NCBI RefSeq assembly: GCF_004010195.1
Contig: NC_057728.1
Coordinates: 43,493,989-43,557,988, forward strand
DNA from: Chiloscyllium plagiosum
Taxonomy: Eukaryota
Reading direction: 5' to 3'
Length of the DNA stretch: 64,000 bases
Shown: piece after piece, positions 13,335 to 25,354 of the stretch
Numbering within the stretch: the first letter of the stretch is position 1
How the letters are laid out: each line of letters starts with the position of its first letter
The notes under the pieces: model-generated
What the model was told of the DNA's origin: nothing
The model's database searches: none
Seen by the model: only the letters and a program-made list of their open reading frames with translations
Made by a program: the position numbers and the translations under genes

Positions 13335-13670
13335 TAACAACATATATTTATTATGTACCAGTAAAGAATGAAGCATCCCAAGTCACTTCACAAAAGCATT
13401 ATGAAATAAAGGAAGTCTGAGCCATGTAAAAAGATACCAAGAGCTTGATTGAAGTGTTAAGTTTTAAGGAGTTAGATGAGATAGAGAGGCAGAGAGGAAT
13501 AGGAAGAGTACTCAATAGCTTGGAATTGAAGCAATTAAAGACATGGCCATGTCAGCAGCACAGATATACCTCTATGGAGGTGATCACAGAGATAGATGGG
13601 GCAAGGTATTCAAAGAATTTTAATAGAGGAATGAGACTTTTAAGATCAAGGGTTGAAATCATATAGAGGT
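13335..13670 (-). mobile_element. L2-like LINE 3' fragment
   Basis: catcccaagtcacttcaca and gagagg...aggaagagtactcaatagcttgg resemble a shark L2 3' end in antisense. Confidence 0.45.
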
Positions 13671-14479
13671 CTGAGAAATATAGCCGATTGTGTAACTTGA
13701 AAGGAATAAAATAGAAATTTATTTCACATGTACGTTTACATGAAAAATACAGTGAAAAGTTTTATAAGTCGCTCCACTGCAGTGCCTACATCAAAGACAG
13801 AGCTGGACAAGGAATTCAACAAGATCTATCTTGAAATTGAGAGCATTCACTCCATCTTTTATGCTTTAGATGAGAATGGGGGTCATTTCTCACCAGGCAG
13901 TTTCTTGCAGGCAGTATCTAGCAAGGCAGTATCAAGTTGCCAATTTAGGGAGATTGACTCTCATTAAATATTTCATGAAAATCCAACTTGTCTCATTCAT
14001 ATTCAGCTTCCCATCATACCAAGCTCGCTAAACAACCTTGACATCGAAAAATGTCAACGTGGAAGTCAGAGTAACTATCTGGAGACTCCAGTTTGTGCCT
14101 TGCTGTGGTGTGCCTCCATATTGCTCAGCACCAAATAGCATCTCAGGGCACGATCCATGGGCACTAGCCAGACACACCTCTCATTCATGGACAAAAGCAT
14201 CCAACATTTGCCAACACTCCAGGACACCTCTTCAATATCTTTGCAGGAGGTTTAGGAAGCAGAGACTTGCATTGCAGTGTGCACTGGCAACTACGATTGA
14301 AAAGCTGCTGCAAGGGCACTTTGTAGGAAGATCTCATGGATTGGACCAGGCTGAATCTCAGTACTGCTGTTGCTCTCTCTATGCATTCATTCACTTAGTG
14401 ACTATCTGTGAGTGAGTAACATCTATGCTTTACCTTGTCCTGTGTTGTTGTGCTAATTTTCACAACTAATCTTGGAGGA

Positions 14480-16655
14480 ACCTCTTTGGGAGAGGCCACA
14501 GCACAGAAGCAGATAAGTCAATATTTTTAAGTGTGGTCTTACAGTAATTCCGCAGTGCGTAGAGTGGTATCTTTGTTAATTATATGTTTTAGTGAGATAT
14601 GCTTCTTGATTAAGCTTAAAAAAGGCGTAAGCATTAAGTTGGCCTGGAACAGTGTTTTGTACAGGAATAAGATAGGGCTATTTTCTGGGTCTGTAGATTG
14701 AAGGAAGCAAAAATGGCCTTTAGTAGAGTGATACGCTCTTCTTGTCGGATGTGGGAGTTTAGGAAGAGTTTATGTGTTACTGAGGATTATATTTGCAATA
14801 AATGCCATTGGTTGCGAATCCTATCAGATCGAATGGATCGGTTGGAGAGACAGTTCGAGACAATGAGGAATTTACAAGAGCAAGGGGATGTGATGGATAG
14901 CAGTTACAGGGAGAAAAGTTGCAGATACAATCACATAGGTGGATTAACTCCAGGAAAAGTAAGAGAGGTAGGCAGGCAGTGCAGCAGTCTTCTATGGCTA
15001 TCCCCATTTCAAACAAGTATGCTGTTTTGGAAAATGTAGGGGGTAATGGATTTTCAGGTGAATGTAACATGAACAGCCAAGTTTCTGGTATTGAGACTGG
15101 CTCTAATGCAATGAGGAGTATGTCGGATTCCAAGAGATCAATTGTGTTAAGGGACTCTCGAGTCTGAGGCACAGACAGACGTTTCTGTGGTCAGCAGTGA
15201 AAAATCAAGTGTGCTGTCTCCCTGGTGCCAGGATCAAGGATGTCTCAGAGAGGGTGCGGAATGTTCTCAAGGGGGAGAGGAACCAGCAGGAGTTCATCGT
15301 ACACATTGGAATCAATGACATAGGAAGGGAAAAGGATGAGATTCTGAGGGGAGAAGAAAGCGAATAAGGCAGTAATATCTGGATTATTCCTGGTGCTGTG
15401 AGCTAGTGAGGGTAGGAATAGGAGGATAGAACAGACTACCGCATGGCTGAGGAGCTGGTGTATAGGAGAAGGATTCATATTTTTTGGATCATTGGAATCA
15501 TTTCTGGGGTAGAAGCGACCTGTACAAGAAGGATGGATTGGAAGGGGACTAATATACTGACAGGGAGATTTGCTGGAGCTGCTCAGGAGGATTTAAACTA
15601 TTATTGTGGGGGGTGGGACCCAGAGAGATAGTGAGGAAAGAGATCAATCTGAGACTGGTACAGTTGATAAAAGAAGCGAGTCAAACAGTCAGGGCAGCAG
15701 GGACAAAGCAGAGAACAAGGTAGGACTGATGGATTAAACTGCATTTATTTCAATGCAAGAGGCCTAACAGGAAAGGCTGATGAACTCAGGGAATGGTTAG
15801 GAACATGGGACTAGTATATGATTGCAATTACAGAAACGTGGCTCAGGGATGGACAGGACTGGCACTTAATGTTCCAGGATACAAATGCTACAGGAAGGAC
15901 AGAAAGGGAGGCAAGAGATGAGGGGGTGTGGTATTTTTGATGCGGAGTAGCATTACAGTTGTAGTGAGGGAGTATATTCTTGGAAATACATCCAGGGAAG
16001 TTTTTTGGGTGGACCGGAGAAATAAGAAAGGGATGATCACCTTATTGGTATTGTAATATTGATCCCCAATAGTCAGCGGGAAATAGAGAAACAAATTTGT
16101 AAGGAGATTTCAGTTATCTGTAAGAATAATAAGGTGGTTATGGTAGGGGATTTTAACTTTCCAAACATATACTGGGACTGTCAGTGTTAAGGGTTTAGAA
16201 GAAGAGGAAGTTGTTCAGTGTGTAAATTTTCTGACTCAATATGTGGATGTATCTATTAAAGAAGGTGCAAAACTTGACCTACTCTTGGGAAATAAGGCAG
16301 GGCAGGTGACTGAGATGTCAGTGGGGGAGCACTTTGGGGCCAGTGACCATAATTCTATTAGTTTTAAAATAGTGATGGAAAAGGATAGACCAGATCTAAA
16401 AGTTGAAGTTCTAAATTGGAGAAAGGCTAATTTTGACGGCATTAGGCAAGAACTTTCAAAAGCTGATTGGGGACAGATGTTCGCAGGTAAAGGGACAGCC
16501 AGAAAATATGAAGCCTTCAGAAATGAGATAATGAGAGTTCAGAGAAAGTATATCCCTGTTAGGGTGAAAGGAAAGGCTGATAGGTGTAGGGAATGCTGGA
16601 TGGCTAAAGAAATTGAGGGTTTGGTTAAGAAAAAGGAAGCATATGTCAGGTATAG
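14480..16655 (+). mobile_element. CR1 LINE 5' portion: ORF1 (zinc finger + SGNH esterase) and ORF2 APE endonuclease, 3'-truncated
   Basis: SSCRMWE..YICNKCHWLRIL; IVLRDS.V.GTDRRFCG..CCLPGARIKDVSERV; VHIGIND; CIYFNARGL..IAITETWL; VGDFNFPNI; LDLLLGN..SDHN. Confidence 0.92.
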
Positions 16656-17059
16656 AAATTCATTGAGGCACCTGTCAGCTATGGGGTCTCAGCACAATAA
16701 GTCAAGAGCACTGCCTTATATCAATCCAGAAGATTAGCTACAGTCAGATGAACTCAGTCAAGGATCTGTGTTTTTGCAGTCCAGAGAATGGGTCAGAGTG
16801 ACTCCGGTGGCCGCATAGTGGTCAGTCTGGGGAATTGGACTAATAGTGTCAGGGAATTGTACAGCCATTTTCACAGGTTTGAGCACTTCTCCTTTGACGC
16901 TGTCGGGTTAAGTCAATCGAGCGGTTTGGCAATGGTCAATTTGTCAGATCTGACCTCAGAAACTTCACTGTAAGAACAGTCATTCTCAGATACAAGGCTG
17001 TGCAGCCGCTCAAGGGTTCAGTACATGTCAATTGGCATGATAACACATTAGCTTCTGTT

Positions 17060-17150
17060 TCATAGAATAGAATCAGAGAATCCCTACAACACAGAAGGAG
17101 GCCGTTCAGCCCACTAAGTCCACACTAACCTGCTCACCAACCCTCTAAGA
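17060..17150 (-). mobile_element. HE1-like SINE tail fragment
   Basis: agaatccctacaacacagaaggaggccgttcagcccactaagtccacac matches the SINE 3' end in antisense. Confidence 0.6.
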
Positions 17151-18447
17151 ACATGCAATCTCAGATGTGTGGCTGTGCAGCCGCTCAAAGGTTCAATATA
17201 TTGGAATCACTGAGAGTTTCCAGTAAAAGATGTCATGCACAGACTTTAGAGATCTGCATAGCAGAAAAAATAATTAGTGGCAATGTTCATGAGGGGGAAA
17301 AGGGGGCATTTTCAATGGAATGAGACTTGTGGCCTATTCTTTGTGATTCAGGACTCCAGGCAGGGGGGATGATGGGAATCACAACATTCGACTGCTCATC
17401 CTCTGCGTAGGGAGAATCCTGGCCCTCACAGGAAAAAGCTGGACTGCTCCTGCAGGGATGCTGGGTCATCCATGACATGGCATAAGAGCGAGTATTCTTC
17501 ATTCCACTGCAGCTCTCAAAGTGATTTGATTGGCAGTCTAACTCACTGCACATGACCTTTAACCATTGGTTGTGAGGGCCACTTTTTTTTGCCTTGCAGG
17601 TACTGGCAGAATGACAACCATCTTAGTGGTGAAATAGCCAGCTCTGGCAGAAATCACCTCCTCAACCTCTGAGGCCAATAAAACCAAGACCTCAAAGGAA
17701 GCATTGACATGGTTTTCTCCTGTACTTCCCATCAGGTCAGATTCTGACACCTTGGTACAAATGTTAGACTTAGAAAGTTCGAGAGTATGTTCTTTTCAAC
17801 ACCTTACTGCAACACCTGCATGGCTAATTAACGAAAAAATGCTCCAGAATACTGGCATTTGGAGGGCTGCTGAACACCAGTCATCTGCTCAACCCAGGCA
17901 AGAGAGGTCACTGTGGTGTTGGCAATCAGGGACTTTGTTCTGCACAGGGATAAACAGCAGTGGTAGAAAACTATGTGGGATATAATGGCCCTCATTACCC
18001 AGAGACTGCAGGAGTGCACTGAGTTATGTGACTGTCGTCTGCCTTGATGAACAAAATAGCATGGTGACAAGAGGACTGCGATATCATCCACTGTTCCCTT
18101 ACTTGAAACCAGAGTGTTCCTGACCATGGATGAATCATCCTCCCACACAACCCCTCTTTCTATTCATGCTTCACTATATTCACCCTTGCAGATATTGTTC
18201 TGCTCCCTTCATTCTGTACTGACTAATGTGGCAACCTCAGACTGGGTTTGGTGGCATAGCTTCTTCTGCTGATCGTCTGGGGACAGATCTCCTCTGCTTT
18301 GTACCATTCCATCAAATGGGACCTCCAGGATCTTGTTGGAGAACTGCGGGTGTTACCTTCCCCTCTTCTGAAATCTTCTGATTCCATCCTTAGCTGGGTA
18401 TGGCAGCTTAAGTATGCCAGTGCTCATCTGGACACAGAAGCTTTTAA

Positions 18448-19794
18448 AGTCTTACGTTTGTGGTCAGCAAAGTTTTGGAAAGAATTCTGAGGGATATGAT
18501 TTATGACTATTTGGCAAAGTATGGCAGTCAGGATGGCTTTGTGAGGGACAGGTCATACCTCACAAATCTTACTGAGTTCTTTGAGGAGGTGACAAGACAG
18601 GTTGACAAAGGTCGACAGTGGATGTGATGTATATGGACTTCAGCAAGACACTTGATAAGGTTCCCCATGGTAGGCTCATTCATAAAGTCGGGAAATATGT
18701 GGTACAGGGAGATTTGGCTATCTGGATTCAGGATTGGTTGGCTGACAGAAGGCAAAGAGTGGTTATAGATGGAAAGTATTCTGCCTGGAGGTCAGTGTTG
18801 AGTGGGGTCCCGTAGGGCTCTGTTGTTGGGCCTCTGCTCTTTGTAGTTTTTACAAATGACTTGGATGAGGAGGTTGAGGGGTGTGTTAGTAAATTTGCAG
18901 ATGACACAAAGGTTGGAGGTGACGCCGATAGTATCAAGGGCTATTGCAGGCTGCAGCGCGACATAGACAGGATGCAGAGTTGGGCTGAGAAATGGCAATG
19001 GAGTTCAACCTGGATAAATGCGAAGTGATGCATTTTGGAAGGTTAAACTCGAATGCTGAATATAGGATTTAAGACAGGATTCTTGGTAGTGTGGAGGAAC
19101 AGAGGGATCTGGGTGTTCAAGTACATGGATCCTTCAAAGTTGCCACCCAAGTGGATAGGGTTGTTAAGAAAGCATATGGTGTTTTGGCTTTCATTAACAG
19201 GGGGATCGAGTTTAAGAGCCGTGAAGTTTTGCTACAGCTCTACAAGTCCTTGGTGAGACCACACTTGGAATACTGTGTCCAGTTCTGGTCGCCCTACGAT
19301 ATCAAAGATACAGATGCTTTGGAGAGGGTGCAAAGAAGGTTTACCTGATGCTTCGGGACTGGAGGGATTGCCTTATGAAGAAAGGTTGAATAAGCTTGGA
19401 CTTTTCTCTCTGGAGAGGAGGAAGAGAGGAGACCTGATCGAGGTATATAAGATAATGAGAGGAATGGATAGAGTCAATAGCCAGATATTTTTCCCCAGGG
19501 CAGGATTGACTGGTACGAGGCGTCATTGTTTTAAGATATTAGGAGAAAGGTATAGAGGAGACGTCAGAGGTAGGTTCTTTATGTGGAGAGTTGTGAGTGC
19601 ATGGAATGCATTGCCAGTGGTGGCATTGGAAGCAGAGACATTAGGGACATTTAAGCGACTGCTGGACATGCCCACAGATAGCAGTGAGTTGAGGGGTGTA
19701 TAGGTTAAGTTATTTTATTTTACATTAGGATTAATCCTTGGCTCAACATCGTGGGCCAAAGGACCTGTTCTGTGCTGTATTTTTCTATGTTCTA
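18448..19794 (+). mobile_element. CR1 LINE 3' 1.35 kb
   Basis: RT motifs ([28 protein letters not shown]) and ttctatgttct tail. Same subfamily as 28786-30150. Confidence 0.93.
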
Positions 19795-20094
19795 AATACG
19801 CAAGGTACCAGAGTTGCTGGTCTTTTGGAGGATATCTGGTGAGTGGGCAAGTTGTTCCAGGAATGACACGTGGTAAGATGTGGCTAGAATCAGATGTAAG
19901 CAACACTGTAGAGACAAGTTTGTAAATAATGAGGTGTGTTGGTAACATATCATGAGAAAGCTCCCCAGTCCTCATGAGAAGAATCCCTCCGAAACTTGGG
20001 AAACCTGCATTTAGCCAAAAAAATGAAAGAGTCAGCTCAACATGTTCGTTAAATAGGTACAAAGATGATAGGAAACAGGATTGTTTGCAAGATA

Positions 20095-20440
20095 CAGGCA
20101 GCAGAGTTTTGGATGACCTCATATTTAGAGAGGACTCAGTCTGGTAGACCAGCCAGGAGTGCATTGGAATATTCAAGTGAAGAGATAATAAAGTCACTAA
20201 TAAGGGTTTTAGCAACAGTTTAAATGAAGTACAAGGAAGTTAAACAGCAGAAGTGAAATAGATAATCTTAGCAATGACCCAAATATGTGGTCAGAAATTC
20301 ATCTCACAAAAATGGCTTAATTTTGGACTATTACCAGGGAGAGGGTTGGATTCAAAAGCTAGGGAACAGAATTTGGAGCAGATACCAAAAAATATGGCTT
20401 CATTCCAAAATGTATGATTAATAAGCTTGTCAATGATCTG
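20095..20440 (-). mobile_element. Old L2-like fragment
   Basis: gcagagttttggatgacctc..tttag, ccaggagtgcattggaatattcaag and aatatggcttcattcc are L2-type antisense signatures. Confidence 0.5.
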
Positions 20441-20444
20441 AACA

Positions 20445-21305
20445 ATAGCCATAGGGGTGATAATATAGAAAATAATCTGTAGACCCATAGGAAGCTATCA
20501 ATGAATCAATCAGATGGATGGAACAGTGGCAAATAGAATTCAATCTGAGGAAGACTGACACGGTGCATTTGGGAAATGTTAACAAGGCAGTATCAGACAT
20601 AATAAATGGTATAATACTGAGGAATATAGTGGAACATAGGGACATTGGATTAGAAGTTTATAGACCCTGAAGGTAGATAAGAAGATAAAATGGTCACTAA
20701 GGAATATGAGATATTAGCATCTATTAATTGAGAAATTAATTGAATATAAGAAGTGGGAAGTTATGTGTAATTGTATTATGCAGCGGCCATGTCACAGTTG
20801 GAGTACAGTGAGCAATATTGTGATTGCACAAAAGAGATGCACATGCACAGATGATATCAGAGGAAAGAGTTTAGTTATAAGATAGGATTTGGTAGGCTAG
20901 AGTTGTATTTTTGGAGCTGGTGGTTTAGATGAGACTAACAGTAGTTTAAAAAACTATGTGGGGTATGGATTGAATAGGAAGATCCCAGTTCCCTGTTTGA
21001 CAGTCCACAACGAGGAGGCAGAGATTTAAGGGGAAGAGGTTAGAGGCTGAGAGGGGATTCAAGGGGATCTATTTTCACCCAGATGGTAGTGGGACTTTTA
21101 ACTCAATGCATAAACAGGTGATAATGGCAGGACCATATCAGTTAAAAAAAACTACTTGATTATACATTTGATTTGCCATAACCCAGAAGGTTATTGACCA
21201 AGAGCTGAAAATTAGGGTGAAGTTGGATGACTACTTGTCATCAGAATTGATATGATGGATGAAATAGCTTCACTTCATGCTGTAAATCTCTGTGGTTTCA
21301 TGATT
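20445..21305 (+). mobile_element. Old CR1 LINE 3' end
   Basis: WMEQWQIEFN..K, LEYSEQY and ctgtaaatctctgtggtttcatg tail; heavily degenerate. Confidence 0.7.
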
Positions 21306-21479
21306 AAACAATTGATTAATGTACCATTGTTGAACCTGATTAATTTGCATCTATTTATAGGATAGCAATTGGGTGGCCTAAGCAATGGGTAGAGAATATG
21401 TTCTTCAGTTACTTTCCAAGTAGTTAAGAGGAAAGCTATTCTGTATAGCTCAGTAATCCTTAATCTCATTAAGCTCTAC

Positions 21480-23300
21480 ATAGTCATAGCGTCATAGAGA
21501 TGTACAGCATGGAAGAGCTTTTGGTCCAACTTGTCCACACCAACCAGATATCCTAAACTAGCCTACTCATAGTTGCCAGCACTTAGTCCATATCCCTCTA
21601 AAACCTTCCTATTCATATACACATCCAGATGTCTTTTAAAAGTTGTAATTGCACCATTTCCTCTGGCAGCTCATTCCATACACACACCCGCATCTGTATG
21701 AACAAGTTTCCCCTTAAGTCCCTTTTAATTCTTTCTCCTCTCACCCGAAACCTATGCCCCCTAGTTCTGGACTCCCCCACCCCATGAAAGAGGCTTTGTC
21801 TATTTATCCTATCCATGCAACTCATGATTTTATAAACCTCTATAAGTTCACCCTTCAGCCTGAGCACCAGGGAAAACAGCCCCAGTTTATTCAGCCTCTC
21901 CTTATCGATCAAACCCTCCAACCCTGGCAACATCCTTGTAATCTTTTCTGAACCCTTTCAAGTTTCACAACGTCCTTCTGAGAGCATGGAGACCAGAATT
22001 GCACATAATATTCCAAACATGGCCTAACCAATGTCCAGTACAGAGGCAAAATGACCTCTCAACTTCTATATTCAATGCACAGACCAATAAAGGAAAACAT
22101 ACCAAACGCCTTCTTCACTATTCTATGTCTGCGACTCTACTTTCAAGGAACTATGAACCTGCACTCCAAGTTCTCTTTGTTCAGCAACACTCACTAGGAC
22201 CTTACCCATGAAGTGTATAAGTCCTGTTAAGATTTGCTTTCCCAAAATGCACCACCTTGTGTTTATCTAAATTAAACTCCATCTGCCACTCCTCAGACCA
22301 TCTGATCAAGATCCGCTGTACTCTGAGGTAACCTTCTTCACTGTCCACTACAGCTCCAATTTTGGTGTCATCAGCAAACTTATTAACTATACCTCTTAAG
22401 CTCACATCATTATCATTTATATAAATGATGAAAAGTAGTGGAGCCAGCACAGATCCTTGTGGCACTCCACTGGTCACAGGCCTCCAGTCTGAAAAACAAC
22501 CCTCCACCACAACCCTCTGTCTTCTATCTTCGAGCCAGTTCTGTATCCAAATGGCTAGTTCTCCCTGTATTCCTTGAGATCGAACCTTGCTAACCAGTCT
22601 CCCACAGGAACCTAATCGAATGCCTTTCTGAAGTTCATATAGATCACATCTGCCTTACTGAAGTCCATATACATCATGTCTACTGCTTTGCCCTCATCAA
22701 TCCTCTTTGTTACTTCTTCAAAAAAACTCAATCAAGTTTTTGAGACATGATTTCCCATGTATAAAGCCATGTTGACTATCCCTAATCAGTCCTTGCCTTT
22801 CCAAATACATGTATACCCTGTCCCTCAGGATTCCCTCCAATAGCTTGCCCACTACCGATGTCAGGCTCATCAGTTTACAGTTCTCTGGCTTTTCTTTACC
22901 ACCTTTCTTAAACGGTGGCACCACATTAGCCAACCTCCAGTCTTCCGGCACCTCACCTGTGACTATCGATGATACAATATCTCAGCAAGGGACTCAGCAA
23001 TCACATTCCTAGCTTCCCACAGAGTTCAGGGTACACCTGATCAGGTCCTGGGGATTTATCCACCTTTACGCATTTTAAGACATCCAGCACCTCCGACTCT
23101 GTAATATGGACATTTTTCAAGATGTCACCATTTGTTTACTCATGTTCTTTATCTTCCATGTCCTTCTCTACAGTAAACACTGATGCAAAATATTCATTTA
23201 GTATCTTCCCCATTTCATGTGGTTACACACATGGGCTGTCTTGCTGATCTTTGAGGGGCCCTATTCTCTCCCTAGTTACCCTTTTGTGCTTAATGCATGT
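21480..23300 (-). mobile_element. CR1 LINE 3' 1.8 kb
   Basis: PEDWRLANVVPPFKKGGK, QHGFIHGKSCL, VPQGSVLAPLLF, KFADDTK; tail tagtcatag..catagag. Same subfamily as 38972-40548. Confidence 0.93.
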
Positions 23301-23767
23301 TTGGTTCTTTGATCAGTGTTTGGGTCGGAGGCCAAGCTTGGTAAAACAGGAAGTGCAGGACTTAATACATGAACTAGCAGCAGGCATGCTTTAGGAATGA
23401 AGTATTAACCTTGGAAGTTACTCTAGATGGCTATACATTCTAAACATTCAAATTCGAGGAAAGGTGACAGCATTACACCAAGGAGCATGGTAAAACTGAA
23501 ATCAACAGGAGTCAAAGGAAAGATTTTCAAGTGCATAGAGTCATATCTGATCCAAAGGATTTACAGTCAGTAATGGAGCTGAAAAACATGTTGTTGGAAA
23601 AGCGCAGCAGGTCAGGCAGCATCCAAGGAGCAGGAGAATCTACGTTTCGGTCATAAGCCCTTCTTCAGGAATGAGGAAGGTGTGCCAAGCAGGCTAAGAT
23701 AATAGGTAGGGAGGAGGGACTTGGGGGAAGGGCGTTGGGAATGCGATAGGTGGAAGGAGGTTAAGGT

Positions 23768-23865
23768 NNNNNNNNNNNNNNNNNNNNNNNNNNNNNNNNN
23801 NNNNNNNNNNNNNNNNNNNNNNNNNNNNNNNNNNNNNNNNNNNNNNNNNNNNNNNNNNNNNNNNN
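23768..23865. other. Assembly gap
   Basis: Run of N. Confidence 1.
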
Positions 23866-24045
23866 ACCCTTGGACTCAGCACCGCCTTCTTGACCTGCAA
23901 TCTTCTTCCCAACCTCTCCGCCCCCACCCACTCTCCGGCCTATCACCCTCACCTTAACCTCCTTCCACCTATCGCATTCCCAACGCCCTTCCCCCAAGTC
24001 CCTCCTCCCTATCTTTTATCTTAGCCTGCTTGGCACACCTTCCTC

Positions 24046-24081
24046 ATTCCTGAAGAAGGGCTTATGACCGAAACGTCGATT
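24046..24081 (+). ncRNA. Minimal hammerhead ribozyme-like motif
   Basis: attc-CTGAAGA-a-gggc/ttat/gacc-GAAAC-GTC-gatt: conserved core, stem II with one mismatch, palindromic ACGT stem III. Confidence 0.55.
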
Positions 24082-24585
24082 CTCCTGCTCCTTGGATGCT
24101 GCCTGACCTGCTGCGCTTTTCCAGCAACACATTTTTCAGCTCTGATCTCCAGCATCTGCAGTCCTCACTTTCTCCCAGTCAGTAATGGAGGCAACTATTA
24201 TAAATTTGGGATATTACTATCACATTTCCTCAGGGAAGCACCCTTGGCCTAAACACTTAAATTTATCAATGCCCCTGCTCTGCCATAAGTCGAGCAGTTC
24301 CATTCACAATTTACCAGACTATGGAGTGTCCCTTGCCAGCTTAAAGTTAGTCCTGGACAAGTGTAGGTTGTGATTATGCCTGCCCACTTTATTTGTTCAG
24401 ACAGCCCAGAAGTAAGATGTTACTTGACATGAAGGTCTTAGACTGAGAGTTTATGTTGACAAGGAGCATACAGCATTCACACCTCATAACTGCCAAGCAT
24501 CGATCATCTCCAGACAGAAAGGAATAAGACTGTTCCCATTACTATCAATGACAGCATTTTCCATGATCAGTATACTGTGGGCTAC

Positions 24586-25212
24586 TGTGATGAAGGTGAT
24601 CTTTGACAAGGTTGTGCTGTCCTTGGCTTTTTTTCTCAGAGACATTGTAAATGACACAGACTCCAAAACGTCCGGGGTTAAGTGATTTTAGGGCCAATTT
24701 GGTAATAGCTGCCTCAAGCAGAAGGCTTTCAAGTTTTGAAAAATCACTTGTACAATAAAAGGGGTGTAGCCAGTTTTCCCAGCTCAGCTTTACTCTGATT
24801 TGGTTTGTTTTTTAAAGTGTGGGAAAAGCTGCTGGCCCTAAAGAAGCAGGCCCATGCGAATACTCTCTCTCTGACTTATCTCCTGTAAGAGCCAGTGTTA
24901 AATTTTACTTTTTGTGCCAAGTGTGTTAATGGGGACTGTTGCAAGTATTTGGAACAGCATCATTAAGTTGGGATAATCTGTTGGGATAACTTAACCTTCA
25001 GATAGGTTAAGTTATTCTGTGTTCTGTTCTCTTTTGTTTGTGTTTCAGTCAGCAATCTTGTTAATAAATTCTGTTTTGTTTAAAACTAAGTGGTTTGACC
25101 AGCAGCATTTCTCCTAGAATATCCACTTTATACCTGCTTAAAACAACTAGCAAAATTAGGGTCTGGGCTCCCCTCTTGAAATGGTTTGAGAGGTCAAGCC
25201 TGGTCCATAATA
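24586..25212 (+). repeat. 5' LTR
   Basis: TGTGAT...CCATAATA; direct repeat of 33675-34296. Confidence 0.9.
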
Positions 25213-25215
25213 GAT

Positions 25216-25233
25216 TGAGGACTCATCTGGGAT
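25216..25233 (+). promoter_or_regulatory. Primer binding site, tRNA-Pro-like (degenerate)
   Basis: TGAGGACTCATCTGGGAT versus TGGGGGCTCGTCCGGGAT (14/18), 3 nt after the 5' LTR. Confidence 0.7.
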
Positions 25234-25354
25234 TTGTTCTATAGTTCTGATTTGGGATTAGGGTTGTTGGACTCAAAGGCAGCAAGTGGTAGGTGTTAGT
25301 GTCTTTTGTTCCAGGTGCTGAATTTGGTTGGTTTTAACAGTTCCTGGAAGAGCA

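Larger units (their letters stand above)
13793..20038 (-). mobile_element. Harbinger-like element copy 2 (rearranged, interrupted by two CR1s)
   Basis: Reverse-complement similarity to 42161-46847: 19800-20038 to the left end, 18210-18445 to Myb exon 1 (EGKVTP.FSNKILEV.FDGMVQSRGDLSPDDQQKKLCHQT), 16660-16950 and 13793-14420 to the right arm. Segment 17330-18060 matches in the + orientation. Confidence 0.65.
23579..24175 (+). mobile_element. Fold-back Penelope insert with long inverted arms (gap in centre)
   Basis: Arms 23579-23767 and about 23950-24140 are reverse complements; 15-bp TSD CAGTCAGTAATGGAG (23564-23578 and 24176-24190). Confidence 0.85.

Noticed and set aside
22620..22680. Small tandem duplications (also ttgctcagagga at about 32995-33025)
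   Set aside because: Ordinary slippage inside dead elements with no sign of function.
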